Source: an uncultured delta proteobacterium | GTDB lineage: Bacteria; Myxococcota_A; Polyangia; Fen-1088 | DNA: 64,000 nt | Assembly (NCBI GenBank): GCA_963737265.1 | Contig: CAVTRY010000007.1 | Location: 160,001 to 224,000, forward strand | Reading direction: 5' to 3' | Shown here: positions 1 through 11,029 of the stretch, one piece after another | Position numbering within the stretch: position 1 is the stretch's first letter | How the letters are laid out: the number at the start of each line of letters is the position of its first letter | The notes under the pieces: generated by a model | Seen by the model: the letters and a program-made list of their open reading frames with translations, nothing else | Told to the model about the DNA's origin: nothing | The model's database searches: none | Translations under genes and position numbers: made by a program

Positions 1-381
1 CTGGGGCGAGTAGACGATCCGCGCCAGTTGGCGGAAGACGCCGTTCCGGTGCCGCCCGCAGCCCTGGCCGAGCTGGTCGACCTCGTCGAAAAGGGCACGC
101 TGTCCGGCAAGCTCGGCAAGGACGTCTTCGCACGCATGTGGCAGGAAAAACGCCGCGCCGGCGACATCGTTGCCACCGAGTCGGTCAGCCTGGTGTCCGA
201 CGTGGCCGTGATCGAGGAAGCCTGCAAGCGCGTGGTCGAACGCAGCCCCGCCGAGGTCGAGCGTTTTCGCCAAGGCGCCGCCAAGGTCATGGGTTTCTTC
301 GTCGGCAACGTGATGAAGGAAACCGGCGGCAAGGCCAATCCCAAGATCGTGAACGAGATTCTGCGCAAGTTGCTCGGCTAA
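1..381 (+). CDS. gatB: Asp/Glu-tRNA amidotransferase subunit B, C-terminal part (runs off window start)
   Basis: C-terminal GatB/YqeY-like sequence 'GTLSGKLGKDVF...GFFVGNVMKETGGKANPKIVNEIL'. Confidence 0.93.
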   Translation: MGRVDDPRQLAEDAVPVPPAALAELVDLVEKGTLSGKLGKDVFARMWQEKRRAGDIVATESVSLVSDVAVIEEACKRVVERSPAEVERFRQGAAKVMGFFVGNVMKETGGKANPKIVNEILRKLLG

Positions 382-391
382 AACGCTGCGA

Positions 392-1114
392 CTACGGCCC
401 GGTCGCCGGGTCGTCCTGCCGTCGCACCGCCGCGGTGGTGAGAAGATGGCCGTCGATTTCGGACCAACGGGCCTCGGCCCAAAATGGTCCTTCGTGCTTG
501 GCGAGCGCCAGGGTCACGCCCACGCTGCCGTCGGAATGGGGCAGCACCTTCGCCTCTTGAAAGGACACGTAGCGCCCGATGAGCGGATTGATTGCCTTGT
601 ACAGCGCTTCCTTGAGCGAGAAGTGCAGGACGATCTCGCGGCGGCGCATGTCATCGGGGAGGGCAGCCAGGGCGGCCAGCTCTTCCGGCGTCATGACCCG
701 GCCGCTAATGTCCGGCCGGCGATCCCATCCTGGCTCGGTCGGCGAAGGCGGGGTTGTGGGAACCGGCTCGATATCCACGCCGACGGAAAGGCCAGCGTGC
801 CCGCGCGCGGCCAGGGCAACGGCCAAAGAGCGCTTGTGGCTGATCGAGCCCGTTACGCCCACGGGTAGCTCGGGGGCGCCTCGCGTGGTCGCCAAGATCG
901 GCCCGGCGTCGAGCCCCATATCCTGCAGCGCCGCGTGCAGGGCGATGCGGCCAGCAAGCCAGGTCGGCTTTCGCGCGGGAGAGAGGGTTCGGAGAAAATC
1001 GCGTTCTTCGTCGGCCAGCGCGGTCAGGCTGTCGGCGTGGATTGTGTTGGCCACGCGGACGCCCACACAGCGTCCGTGCGGTAGGTCGACCCGAAATACG
1101 ATGTCGGCTGACAT
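392..1114 (-). CDS. 4'-phosphopantetheinyl transferase (EntD/Sfp-like)
   Basis: Motifs 'GSISHK', 'VGVDIE', 'FSLKEALYKA'; start placed at MSADIV. Confidence 0.88.
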   Translation of the reverse strand: MSADIVFRVDLPHGRCVGVRVANTIHADSLTALADEERDFLRTLSPARKPTWLAGRIALHAALQDMGLDAGPILATTRGAPELPVGVTGSISHKRSLAVALAARGHAGLSVGVDIEPVPTTPPSPTEPGWDRRPDISGRVMTPEELAALAALPDDMRRREIVLHFSLKEALYKAINPLIGRYVSFQEAKVLPHSDGSVGVTLALAKHEGPFWAEARWSEIDGHLLTTAAVRRQDDPATGP

Positions 1115-1249
1115 GGCAGAGAGTGCGTGACTGACGTGAGCTGCGGGCAACCGGATTCGAGGGTATCACAAGACCACCCGCAGCGCGGGCTTCGCAGAAA
1201 TCTGAGGCGAGGCCGTTTCGCTGGCGCGCTACCGGTAAACTCACGCTAG

Positions 1250-3052
1250 CTAGCGAGAGCATGTCTTCTGAAGCGCCCGAAATCGTTCGTCGCTTGGGAC
1301 CAGCTGCTCAAGCTCGGCGAAGCGCGCCCGCGCGCGTTCAATGAAGCCGAGCTCGCAGGCCCACGACGCATCGACGTAGTTGCGCCAGGCGAGATACCCG
1401 CGCACCTGGCGATCATGCTCGGCTTCGCCGATCGCCCAGGCCGGCAGGGGCCGCATGCGTGCTGGCGACGTGCTCTTGGCTGGCGCCCACAGGTCGCCGG
1501 CCGGTCCAAGCTCGCGACGAACCTCCGGCGCCGTCACGGCGTCAGGCTCGATGCGCACCGGGCGGCTGTGGTCGAGCTTGGCGAGTTGAGCTGCGATGCC
1601 TTCATGCCTGCGGTAGGCGTCGACGACCGGACCTAGCTCGGGCAGCGCCGCGGCCACGCGATCCGCGTAACCCGGACCCCCGGCGAAGGCCAGGTGCGCC
1701 CAGGCCACATCGGGGCGCGCGCCTTCGACGTAGCGTTCATACCCGACCAGAAAGCCGGTCTCGAAGTGGTGGGTAAGCAGCGCTGCGCGCACTGGCAGAT
1801 CGGACAGCATGCTGCGCACCTCGAAGTCAGCGGCGCGTGCGTTGCGCAGGCCGGGGTACCGTGCTGGCCAGGGAAAGCGCGTGAGCGCACCGACGAGGAA
1901 TGCTAGCGCGAGGATCGTTCGCAGTCGTTTTGGTCGGAAGATCGCCGTTGCCACGGCGAGGGCCGTGCCCGACAGAACGGCAATCAGCGCCAAGGCGGGG
2001 CCGAGGTAGCCGCGAATATCGGGATTGCCTGGATCGAGACCTCCGACCAGTGCCGCGGTCATCGACCCAGCCGTCCCGATTAGCACCGCAATGCCGAAGA
2101 CGCGTGATTTAGCCCGGCGAAGCAGAAAGTACGCGCCTGCCGGGGCCATCAACGCGAAGATCTTTTCCAGCTCTTCGATGGGCAAGAACGGCAGATCCCA
2201 GGGCGACGCGTTGCCGTGAACCACCGCCGTCTTTTCCGCGAAGGTTTGCGCCGATACCACCCACCAAAAACCATGCGCCGTGCGTGCGTCGCCCCACAGG
2301 ACATTGTCGAGGCCGCGTTCGGCACCGCCAAACAGCGCCGCCGTGCGCAATGGAAGATAGGCGTGAACGGCCATTCCTACCGCGAAAGCTGCGACCGACA
2401 ACAGCAGCAACCGCATGCGCGCGCCCGAGCTCGCCAGCACGGGAAGCGCAGCCGCCACCGCGCCCAGTCCGACCAGGCCGGCCACCAGCGAGTGATTGCC
2501 CACGCCCAAGCCGACGAGCATGGCCGCGACGAAGGCCGGCCGGACATCCTTGCTCGCCTGCGCGCGCAAGGCCAGCCACAGGGCGCCGAGGGAAAGCGCG
2601 GTCTGCACCGCATACACTTCGGCGCGGTTGCTCACCATGACGACGCCCGGCGCGTAAGCAAAGGCCAGGGCCGCGGTCGCCGCAACGATTGCTCGGGTCA
2701 TCTCGCTGGTTACGTCGGTAACGAAACGCAAGGTCCGCGTGGCGTCGAGCACGAGTAGGAACACCAGCACCCCCGCCAGCGCACCCGCCAGCGCCTGCGA
2801 CAGCGCGACCTTGAACGCCACATTGCCGAGCGGCAGCAGGGTGACGAGCTTGGCGAAGAGCAGCGTGGTTTCTTCGCCCGGTGGATGCGCCACGCCGAGG
2901 CCAAAGGCCGCGGTGGCCAGCTCCGCCGAATCCAGCGGATAGGCGGTGGGCGTTGCGGCCAAGACGTAGGCGACGAACGCCGCGAGCCCGACGCCCACGG
3001 CTCCCCACAGTCGAGGACCAGATTCCGTGTCGCTCTTCGTCTGGGCTGGCAA
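1250..3052 (-). CDS. DUF2723/TMEM260-like polytopic membrane protein (putative glycosyltransferase)
   Basis: 'DSAELATAAFGLGVAHPPG', 'AEVY' and 'GLGVGNH' motifs with many hydrophobic segments. Confidence 0.75.
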   Translation of the reverse strand: MPAQTKSDTESGPRLWGAVGVGLAAFVAYVLAATPTAYPLDSAELATAAFGLGVAHPPGEETTLLFAKLVTLLPLGNVAFKVALSQALAGALAGVLVFLLVLDATRTLRFVTDVTSEMTRAIVAATAALAFAYAPGVVMVSNRAEVYAVQTALSLGALWLALRAQASKDVRPAFVAAMLVGLGVGNHSLVAGLVGLGAVAAALPVLASSGARMRLLLLSVAAFAVGMAVHAYLPLRTAALFGGAERGLDNVLWGDARTAHGFWWVVSAQTFAEKTAVVHGNASPWDLPFLPIEELEKIFALMAPAGAYFLLRRAKSRVFGIAVLIGTAGSMTAALVGGLDPGNPDIRGYLGPALALIAVLSGTALAVATAIFRPKRLRTILALAFLVGALTRFPWPARYPGLRNARAADFEVRSMLSDLPVRAALLTHHFETGFLVGYERYVEGARPDVAWAHLAFAGGPGYADRVAAALPELGPVVDAYRRHEGIAAQLAKLDHSRPVRIEPDAVTAPEVRRELGPAGDLWAPAKSTSPARMRPLPAWAIGEAEHDRQVRGYLAWRNYVDASWACELGFIERARARFAELEQLVPSDERFRALQKTCSR

Positions 3053-3072
3053 CGTTTCCCTATGTTACCGTC

Positions 3073-4593
<1,521 letters not shown>

Positions 4594-4709
4594 GAGTGAC
4601 CTAGAACGGCGCGGCCGAGTGGAAGCGGCCGGGGCGATGAAGTGGCTCGGCCTATGTCGGATGGCCGTGCAATTTTCGTGTCGGCGTTCTACGCTTGGCA
4701 CTGAATTCG

Positions 4710-7287
4710 ATGATCAAACATCCCGATTTTCTCGAGGTCTTCTCCAGCGTAGCAACTCGGCGAAGCAATCACCTCGCGGTCGAGGCCGACGAGGGCACGT
4801 TCACCTATGCCGAGCTGGATCGGCTCTCAAACCAGGTGGCGAATCGCCTGCGCGCCCTGGGGGTAGACCGGGAAGCACGCGTGGGAATCTCGCTGCCCCG
4901 AGGAGCGCGCGAGCTGGTCGCCATGCTTGCGACGGCGAAGGCGGGTGGGGCTTACGTCCCCCTCAATCCGACTTATCCGGAAGAAAGGCTGCGCGGCATC
5001 ATCGACGAAGTCTCTCCCCAGGTCGTGGTGGTAGAGCCCGGATCTGCACTGGCCTTGGGTCATGAAGGGCAGATCCTTCTTTTCCCCAGCATCGAGGCCG
5101 CGGCAGCGGGGTTCCCGGCAACCGCACCAACCGTCAAATGCGATCCCGATCAGCTGGTGTACATCCTGTTTACCTCCGGCTCGAACCGGACGTCCCAAGG
5201 GTGTGGAAATCACACGCGCAGCGTTCTCGAATTTTCTCGGATCGATGATACGAAGTCCAGGCATGGCGGAGAACGAGCGCCTTCTCGCCATCACGACGAC
5301 CTCGTTCGATATCGCCGGTCTCGAGCTTTTCCTGCCGCTCTGTGTGGGCGCCACCGTCTCGATCGCGGATTACGAAACCGCGCGAGATCCGCGCAAGCTA
5401 CGTCGTCGCTTGGAAGGCGCCGACATCTCCGTGTTGCAGGCCACGCCCGCCACCTGGCGCCTGCTGCTCGAAGCGGGCTGGCTCGTCGACAGAAAACTTC
5501 GAATGCTTTGCGGTGGCGAAGCCTTGTCTCCCGCGCTCGCCGACCGCTTGTTGGCCGCCGATGGCGAGCTGTGGAATCTCTATGGCCCGACGGAGACGAC
5601 GGTGTGGTCGTCGCTCGAGCGGATTCGGCCGGACTACGATCGCATCACCATCGGCAAGCCCATCGATGAAACCGAGATCTACGTCCTCGACGAAGCGTTG
5701 AATTCCGTTCCCATCGGTCAGGAAGGCGAAATTTGGATTGGCGGTCGCGGCGTGGCGCGCGGCTATTGGCGCCGCCCTGACTTGACGGCCGACCGCTTCG
5801 TGGCTCGCCCGCACATCGCTCCCGACGACAGAATCTATCGCACGGGCGATCTCGGCCGGCTACGCCCGGACGGACGTTTCGAGTGCCTGGGCCGCCTGGA
5901 CCGCCAGGTGAAGATCAGCGGCAACCGCATCGAGCTCGGGGAAATCGAGACGGTTTTGCGTTCCGTGGCGGGCGTGGGCGAAGCCTTGGTCGTTGCCGAT
6001 CGACCCGAGGGCGGCGAGCCCCGTCTTGTCGCCTATTGGACCGGCCCGGCGCAACGGAAGGATATCGTCGAAGCGGCCCAGCGCAGCCTTCCGGCCTACA
6101 TGGTCCCGGCGGCCTACGTCCAGCTGCAAACCTTTCCACTCAACACGAATGGGAAGATCGATCACAAGGCTCTGCCCAAACCCGAGCTCGTGGAGCAGCC
6201 CAGGCTGCCAGCCGGACGCCAGGCTACAGAAATCGAAGCCCGCATTACCTCGGTTTGGGCGCAGGTTCTTGCCATGGCGCATGTTCCGCTCAACCAAAGT
6301 TTCTTCACTCTGGGTGGAACGTCGGCCCTGGCCATCGAGGCGGTTGCCGGCATCGAGAAAGAGCTGGGCGTCGAGCTACCCTTGCTGGCGTTCTTCGATG
6401 CGCCGACGGTGGAAGGCATCGCAGCCAACGTTGGCAAGTTCTTCTCTCCCGACGCGCCCATCGTCGCTCGGCTGCGCCAGGGACATCCGGAGCGAGAGCC
6501 TCTGTTCTGCCTCTTTGGTGTGACGCTTTACCAAGCCCTGGCCCTTGAGCTCGCCGAAGATCGTCTTGTGTTTGGCGTGCATATCCCATTTCGCTACGTG
6601 CCCGGGCGCGATCCGCGCCCCACGCTCCCGGAGATCGGCCGACGCTACGTGGATTTGATCCGAGAGCACCAGAGCCACGGTCCTTACCACATGCTCGGAC
6701 TGTGCTTCGGCGGCATCGTCGCCTACGAGGTGGCGCGCCAGTTGGAAGCCGCAGGAGAAACCGTGGCCACGGTCACCATCATCGATGCCGTCCTGCCCCA
6801 TGCTATTCACATCGACAAGCGCAGGCGCTTGCGCTCTCACATCGCGCGGGCGTGGAAGAATCCAGGCGACTTCGTCCGCTACGTGAACAAGAAGCTAAAG
6901 GAACGCTACCATGGTTCGTTCTTGCACGACCTCGTTCAGACCTTGCGCGCTCCCGCGGGTGTTCCGCCAGCCATCGATCTTCCCGTCGACGGGCCGGAGG
7001 TCGAGGCCGAGGTTCATCGTTTCGCCGCCCAGCCCAGCAAACTAGCGACGCGGGTGCTGGTCGTGTGTGCGACCGACGAACCCAGGCCGGGATGGACGAC
7101 CGTGTCGGCCGACGAAGGCTGGGGTGATCGTGCTGACTCCGTGGTCATCTGCAACGTTCCGGGAACCCATCTCGGTGTCCTGAAGGATCCTCATGTGCGC
7201 CTTCTCGCTCGTGCGATCACCGAGGGCTTTCACCCTCAGCCGCATTGCGACGAGACGCCCGACCCGGGTATGCACCTCACGGATTAA
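4710..7287 (+). CDS. Stand-alone NRPS module A-T-TE with a +1 frameshift near 5185
   Basis: A3 motif FTSGS/TGRPKG split by one extra A; NLYGPTE, YRTGD, NGKID; PCP 'FFTLGGTS'; TE 'GLCFGG' with His in 'PGTHLG'. Confidence 0.88.
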
Positions 7288-7798
7288 GCTGCAACGACAT
7301 GGCTAGGCCGACGTTGCTGGCATCGATACGACTGCCTCCGTAGTTGAGATACATCTGCGTGTACCGCACGGAAAAACCGACGGCGGTGTGCCATGTCTCG
7401 GCGAACAGCAAACCGCCTTCGCCAAACCAGCCCCAGGGAGATTGAAAGGATGCGTTCGCGACAGACAAGTCACCGCTGCCCGACAGCTTGGGATCGAGTT
7501 CCTTGTGGGGACCGCCTGCCAGGGTGAAGTACCAACGCGTGCTCATGCGCAGATAGGCCTGCAACCAGGCCGAAAATGGAAAGCGCGTCCAACCCATGCT
7601 GGCGTTGGTTGCATCGATGGAATCATATTTCACACCGATGCGCGTACCCGCGCCGAGACCCAAGGTGTCGCCGAACCACAACGGCATCGCTGAGAAGCCG
7701 ATCCCGGCGAAGATGCCGCTACCGGCCTCCAGCGACTGACTGCTGCCGTTAGTCATGATGGCGCTCACCAGGTTCTCACCACCAAAATCGCCACTCAA
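7277..7798 (-). CDS. Probable outer-membrane beta-barrel protein, possibly 5'-truncated
   Basis: Alternating aromatic/hydrophobic strand pattern; no signal peptide; TTG start only. Confidence 0.45.
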   Translation of the reverse strand: MSGDFGGENLVSAIMTNGSSQSLEAGSGIFAGIGFSAMPLWFGDTLGLGAGTRIGVKYDSIDATNASMGWTRFPFSAWLQAYLRMSTRWYFTLAGGPHKELDPKLSGSGDLSVANASFQSPWGWFGEGGLLFAETWHTAVGFSVRYTQMYLNYGGSRIDASNVGLAMSLQLNP

Positions 7799-7899
7799 TA
7801 GGAGTCCAGGAGTCGCCCAGGCAAAGGCATTAAGCGGGTCAACCGCGTGTTCGGATGGCCATTCCTGATTTGAGGATAGAAATCTTCGAATCGCGTTGC

Positions 7900-7939
7900 C
7901 CCTCTCCCCCGAACCCGACCCGAACCCGAAGGGAGAGGG
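7900..7939. repeat. REP-like hairpin
   Basis: CCCTCTCCC (7900-7908) and GGGAGAGGG (7931-7939) form an inverted pair around a duplicated CCGAACCCGA loop. Confidence 0.5.
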
Positions 7940-7996
7940 CGTTTCACTGCGACCGCCTAACGCCTATGGGAGTCCCTGAAGTGTCTTAGGCGGGAG

Positions 7997-8825
7997 CTAT
8001 TTGTGTTGAAGCGTGCCGGCCACGAAGTGTACGTAGCTGGAAGCCAGGACACGCATACCGAGGGGACTCAGGTGGCCGCCGTCGCTCGAAGTAGTCGGCG
8101 AACAAAGCGGGCGTGGGCTGGCCATCGATGGGGTAGGTTTCGCGGGTTCCAGCGAGATCAGTCGATTCGACGCGGGCGATGTCGAAGATGGGCTCGTTCG
8201 CGAATTCCGTTCGTAGCAAGCGATTGAATTGCTCGCGCTTGGCATTGAGCAGGTCGGACTCGGGGCGCATGCCGAGGAGGCGCTTAATGCGGGTCTTGAT
8301 GCCTTGTTCCCGGATTCTCAGCGGCGCGGTTGCGTGGGCGATGATGACGGCAGGATGGCGCGCCTTGATGCGAGCAATGGCGTGCTTGTAGTAGTCGAAC
8401 AGATCCCGCACGTCCGTGTCGCGGGTGAAGTCGGAGTAGCAGAATTTCATCAGCGCAAGGTGAGGCGGATTCCCTTGTAGACTGTCCAGCGCTGCCTCGA
8501 ACCCGTCGATCTTGGTCTTGGGACTTCCGTTCTTGCCCGGCCGGGTCTCGATGATGCCCGGTCCGGACTGACTTTTGCCGGCGTCGAGATCCTCGATGGG
8601 CCAGGTCGTGCCTGCCTCCTCAAGGAGCTGGCGTAGGCCGTCGAGGATGTTGGCACCTACCGACTGGTGCGCGAAAAGCACGCGCAGCTTGCTCGCTGCC
8701 GCAATAGACTGCTTGCTTTCAGGAGGCATGGACTGCTCCATCGTTGGGGAAGCGCCGCCGGGTGGCGAGCACGCGGCAGACACGGCGCCCGCGCTCGCCG
8801 CCAGCACGGCCAGAACCTCCGTCAT
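7997..8825 (-). CDS. Putative SGNH/GDSL-like lipoprotein, frameshifted near 8090
   Basis: Signal/lipobox-like 'AVSAAC', 'FAHQSVG'; removing one T restores 'ADYSSDGGHL' (DxxH) in the 7997 frame. Confidence 0.55.
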
Positions 8826-8934
8826 TCGCCGACCTGTCATCTTGCAACCGCTAGGCTGGCAGGAGTTTACCGCCGCCGGCCCGGAAACGGTCAAGCGAGA
8901 TCGCGGGGCTGGGAATCACCATTTCGACGAAAGA

Positions 8935-9064
8935 AATGGTCGCAGTGGATCTTTCCAAACCGGCGTCGGTTATGCTATCTCTTCGCGACCTTCCCGGCCC
9001 GCCTGGGCCGAGAACCCGATGGCTCATTGGGACAATGCATCACAAAGGCGAGCATAACTAGGCT
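8935..9064 (+). pseudogene. Relic 3' tail of a tyrosine integrase from an older element
   Basis: Reads MVAVDLSKPASVMLSLRDLPG versus MVAVDLSKPAAVVLSLRDAPG at 19082-19144; strong DNA similarity; same position relative to the att repeat. Confidence 0.8.
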
Positions 9065-9117
9065 AAATTAAAAGATAATGGGCGCATAGCTCAATTGGTA
9101 GAGCAGCGGACTCTTAA
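9065..9117 (+). repeat. attL: 53-bp direct repeat, 15-bp leader plus 5' half of tRNA-Lys
   Basis: AAATTAAAAGATAATGGGCGCATAGCTCAATTGGTAGAGCAGCGGACTCTTAA is identical to 19212-19264. Confidence 0.92.
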
Positions 9118-9229
9118 GCCAGATGCTGCAATGAGCCCTGATTAGACCGAGCGCTCACGCCAAACAAAACGCGCGCTTACGGCAGCCAGAGACGCCGCAT
9201 GATAGCCAGGAGTTATCACCTGTGCGGGC

Positions 9230-9252
9230 CACTTGGGCAGAACATGGGCAGA
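9230..9252 (+). promoter_or_regulatory. Putative integrase arm-type binding sites
   Basis: CACTTGGGCAGAacaTGGGCAGA matches CACTTGGGCAGAgaaTAGGCAGA at 19146-19168 at the other end of the element. Confidence 0.55.
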
Positions 9253-9570
9253 GCCGGTGCGCCAAACAGAGCGCGATCAGGGTGATGGCCGAGCTCGCCG
9301 AAATGCGCCACGACCCCGGCTCGGACGTCGCCGGACTCGCCCCCGCCATCCACTCCATCTGCACGCAGGGCACCTGTAGCTTCTAGACCCCTTCTTGGCA
9401 GGTTGTAATGGGGTCCCAGGAATGCGCGCCCTCGCGGCACCGTGATCTCCTCGTGCGCGCCTTCCGACTCTGGTGCGCGCTGTGAGCGGGCACACGTGGC
9501 GCAGGCATTCCTCTGTCCCGGCTATCTCCAACGAAAGGAAACCGGATACAATGTCTTGCTGAGGCCGTCC

Positions 9571-10053
9571 ATGAAGGAAAAGGAGCTCCGCGAGCGTATC
9601 GAGCAGTTCTTGCGCAAGACGGCCCGCAATGTCGTGGTGCCCGCGTCGGTGGGCTTGGGGCTGAGCGTTTCCGGCTGCGATCAACATGCGTTGCACGCCA
9701 CGGCCGCCGATGCGGGGGGAGATTCGGCCGCGCAGGTCTCGGACGTGGCGAAGGTTTCGACCTCGGACGTTCCGCCGTCGGCGCCGGAGGTCGGGGATGC
9801 GACTTCTCCGAACGACCTTCCGCTCGTGGCCCCGCCCTATCTGCTGGTCGCGCTCCCGCCAGATGATGTTGCCCCCGACCAGACCCGTGACGTTGAATCC
9901 GAAGCCGGAACGCAAGGCCCGGACGCCGCGGCCGACGCCTACGTGCCGATACCTCCACTCATTTACGTCTTCTATATGCAGCGGGCAGAGACGGACGCCG
10001 CGGCCCCGCCCGACGCGGCGGCGATGCTTTCCGCCTCTCCAGAGAAGGCGTAG
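9571..10053 (+). CDS. Lipoprotein-like putative radical-SAM substrate/precursor
   Basis: Charged leader MKEKELRERIEQFLRK, hydrophobic stretch, lipobox-like VSGC, acidic low-complexity body with Pro-flanked Tyr motifs; ends 3 bp before the rSAM start. Confidence 0.6.
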   Translation: MKEKELRERIEQFLRKTARNVVVPASVGLGLSVSGCDQHALHATAADAGGDSAAQVSDVAKVSTSDVPPSAPEVGDATSPNDLPLVAPPYLLVALPPDDVAPDQTRDVESEAGTQGPDAAADAYVPIPPLIYVFYMQRAETDAAAPPDAAAMLSASPEKA

Positions 10054-10056
10054 CTG

Positions 10057-11029
10057 GTGCTCGAAGTATTCCGGCGAATCGGGTTCGTACCGCGCGCCTG
10101 CGGCTGGGAGAATCACCCTCCGGTGCAACATGGGCTGCCGGCACTGCGGCTCGCTGGCCGGACGAGCTCGCGACGACGAGCTATCACACGACGAATGCCT
10201 GCGCGTGGCAGACGAGCTGGTGCAGCTGCGCTGCGGGCGCGTGACCCTGACCGGCGGCGAGCCGACCTTGCGCCAGGACTGGGACGTGCTCGGCGAGCGC
10301 CTGGCCAGGCAGAAGGTTCGGGTGGCCATCCTTTCCAACGCGTGGACGTGGAGCCCACGCGACGCTGAACGAGCCGCACGCGCCGGTCTGTCCAGCGTGG
10401 GCTTCAGTCTCGATGGACTCGAGCGCGAGCACGACGACTTCCGCGGCTCCGGCTCGTTTCCACGCGTTCTTGCGGCACTGCGCACGGCGCGGGACGTGGG
10501 TCTCGAGTTTGGTGTCAACACCACCATCTATCGTGGCAATCGTCATCAGCTCGTGGCATTGCGCGATCTGCTCGTATCCGGGGGCGTGCGCTCATGGCAA
10601 CTGCAATACGCCGTTGCCACCGGCGCCATGGCCCGCCATCGCGAGCTGGTATTGCCGCCCGAGGATGTGCTGTGGTTGGTGCCGCAAATCGCCGAATTCT
10701 GCCGGGAGCGCAAGGGCGGCATGTACATCGTGGCGAGCGATCACATCGGCTACTACGGGCGGCCTGAAGGCCATCTGCGCCAGGCCGACGTCAGCATGCC
10801 CTTCTGGTTGGGGTGTTGGGCGGGCATGCAGGCGCTCGCCATCGAGAGCAACGGCGACGTGAAGGGCTGTCTCTCGCTGCCTTCGGCCCGCCATGGCGAG
10901 ACCCGCTTCATCGACGGCAACCTGCGCACCACCAGCTTGCGCGCCATCTGGAACCGCCCCGCGGGATTCGCGTACAACCGCGGCTTTCATCCCCAGCAGC
11001 TTCGCGGGTTCTGCCGCGTGTGCCGCTAC
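10057..11029 (+). pseudogene. Radical SAM/SPASM maturase (PlpX/TIGR03913-like), frameshift near 10110 and SPASM truncated at ~11029
   Basis: 'WE/ITLRCNMGCRHCGS', 'TGGEP', 'CWAG..AIESNGDVKGCLSLP', 'GFCRVCRY', then homology stops abruptly. Confidence 0.8.

Noticed and set aside
4694-4712. Sigma-54 promoter for the NRPS (TTGGCAC...)
   Set aside because: The -12 GC is missing (TCGA) and the site runs into the start codon
4657-7860. TCGGATGGCC repeated at 4657 and 7851 around the NRPS block as a target-site duplication
   Set aside because: Only 10 bp in GC-rich DNA with no terminal repeats or transposase; chance is plausible
9080-9117. Second tRNA-Lys gene
   Set aside because: Stops after the anticodon loop, with no T arm or 3' acceptor strand; it is the att fragment
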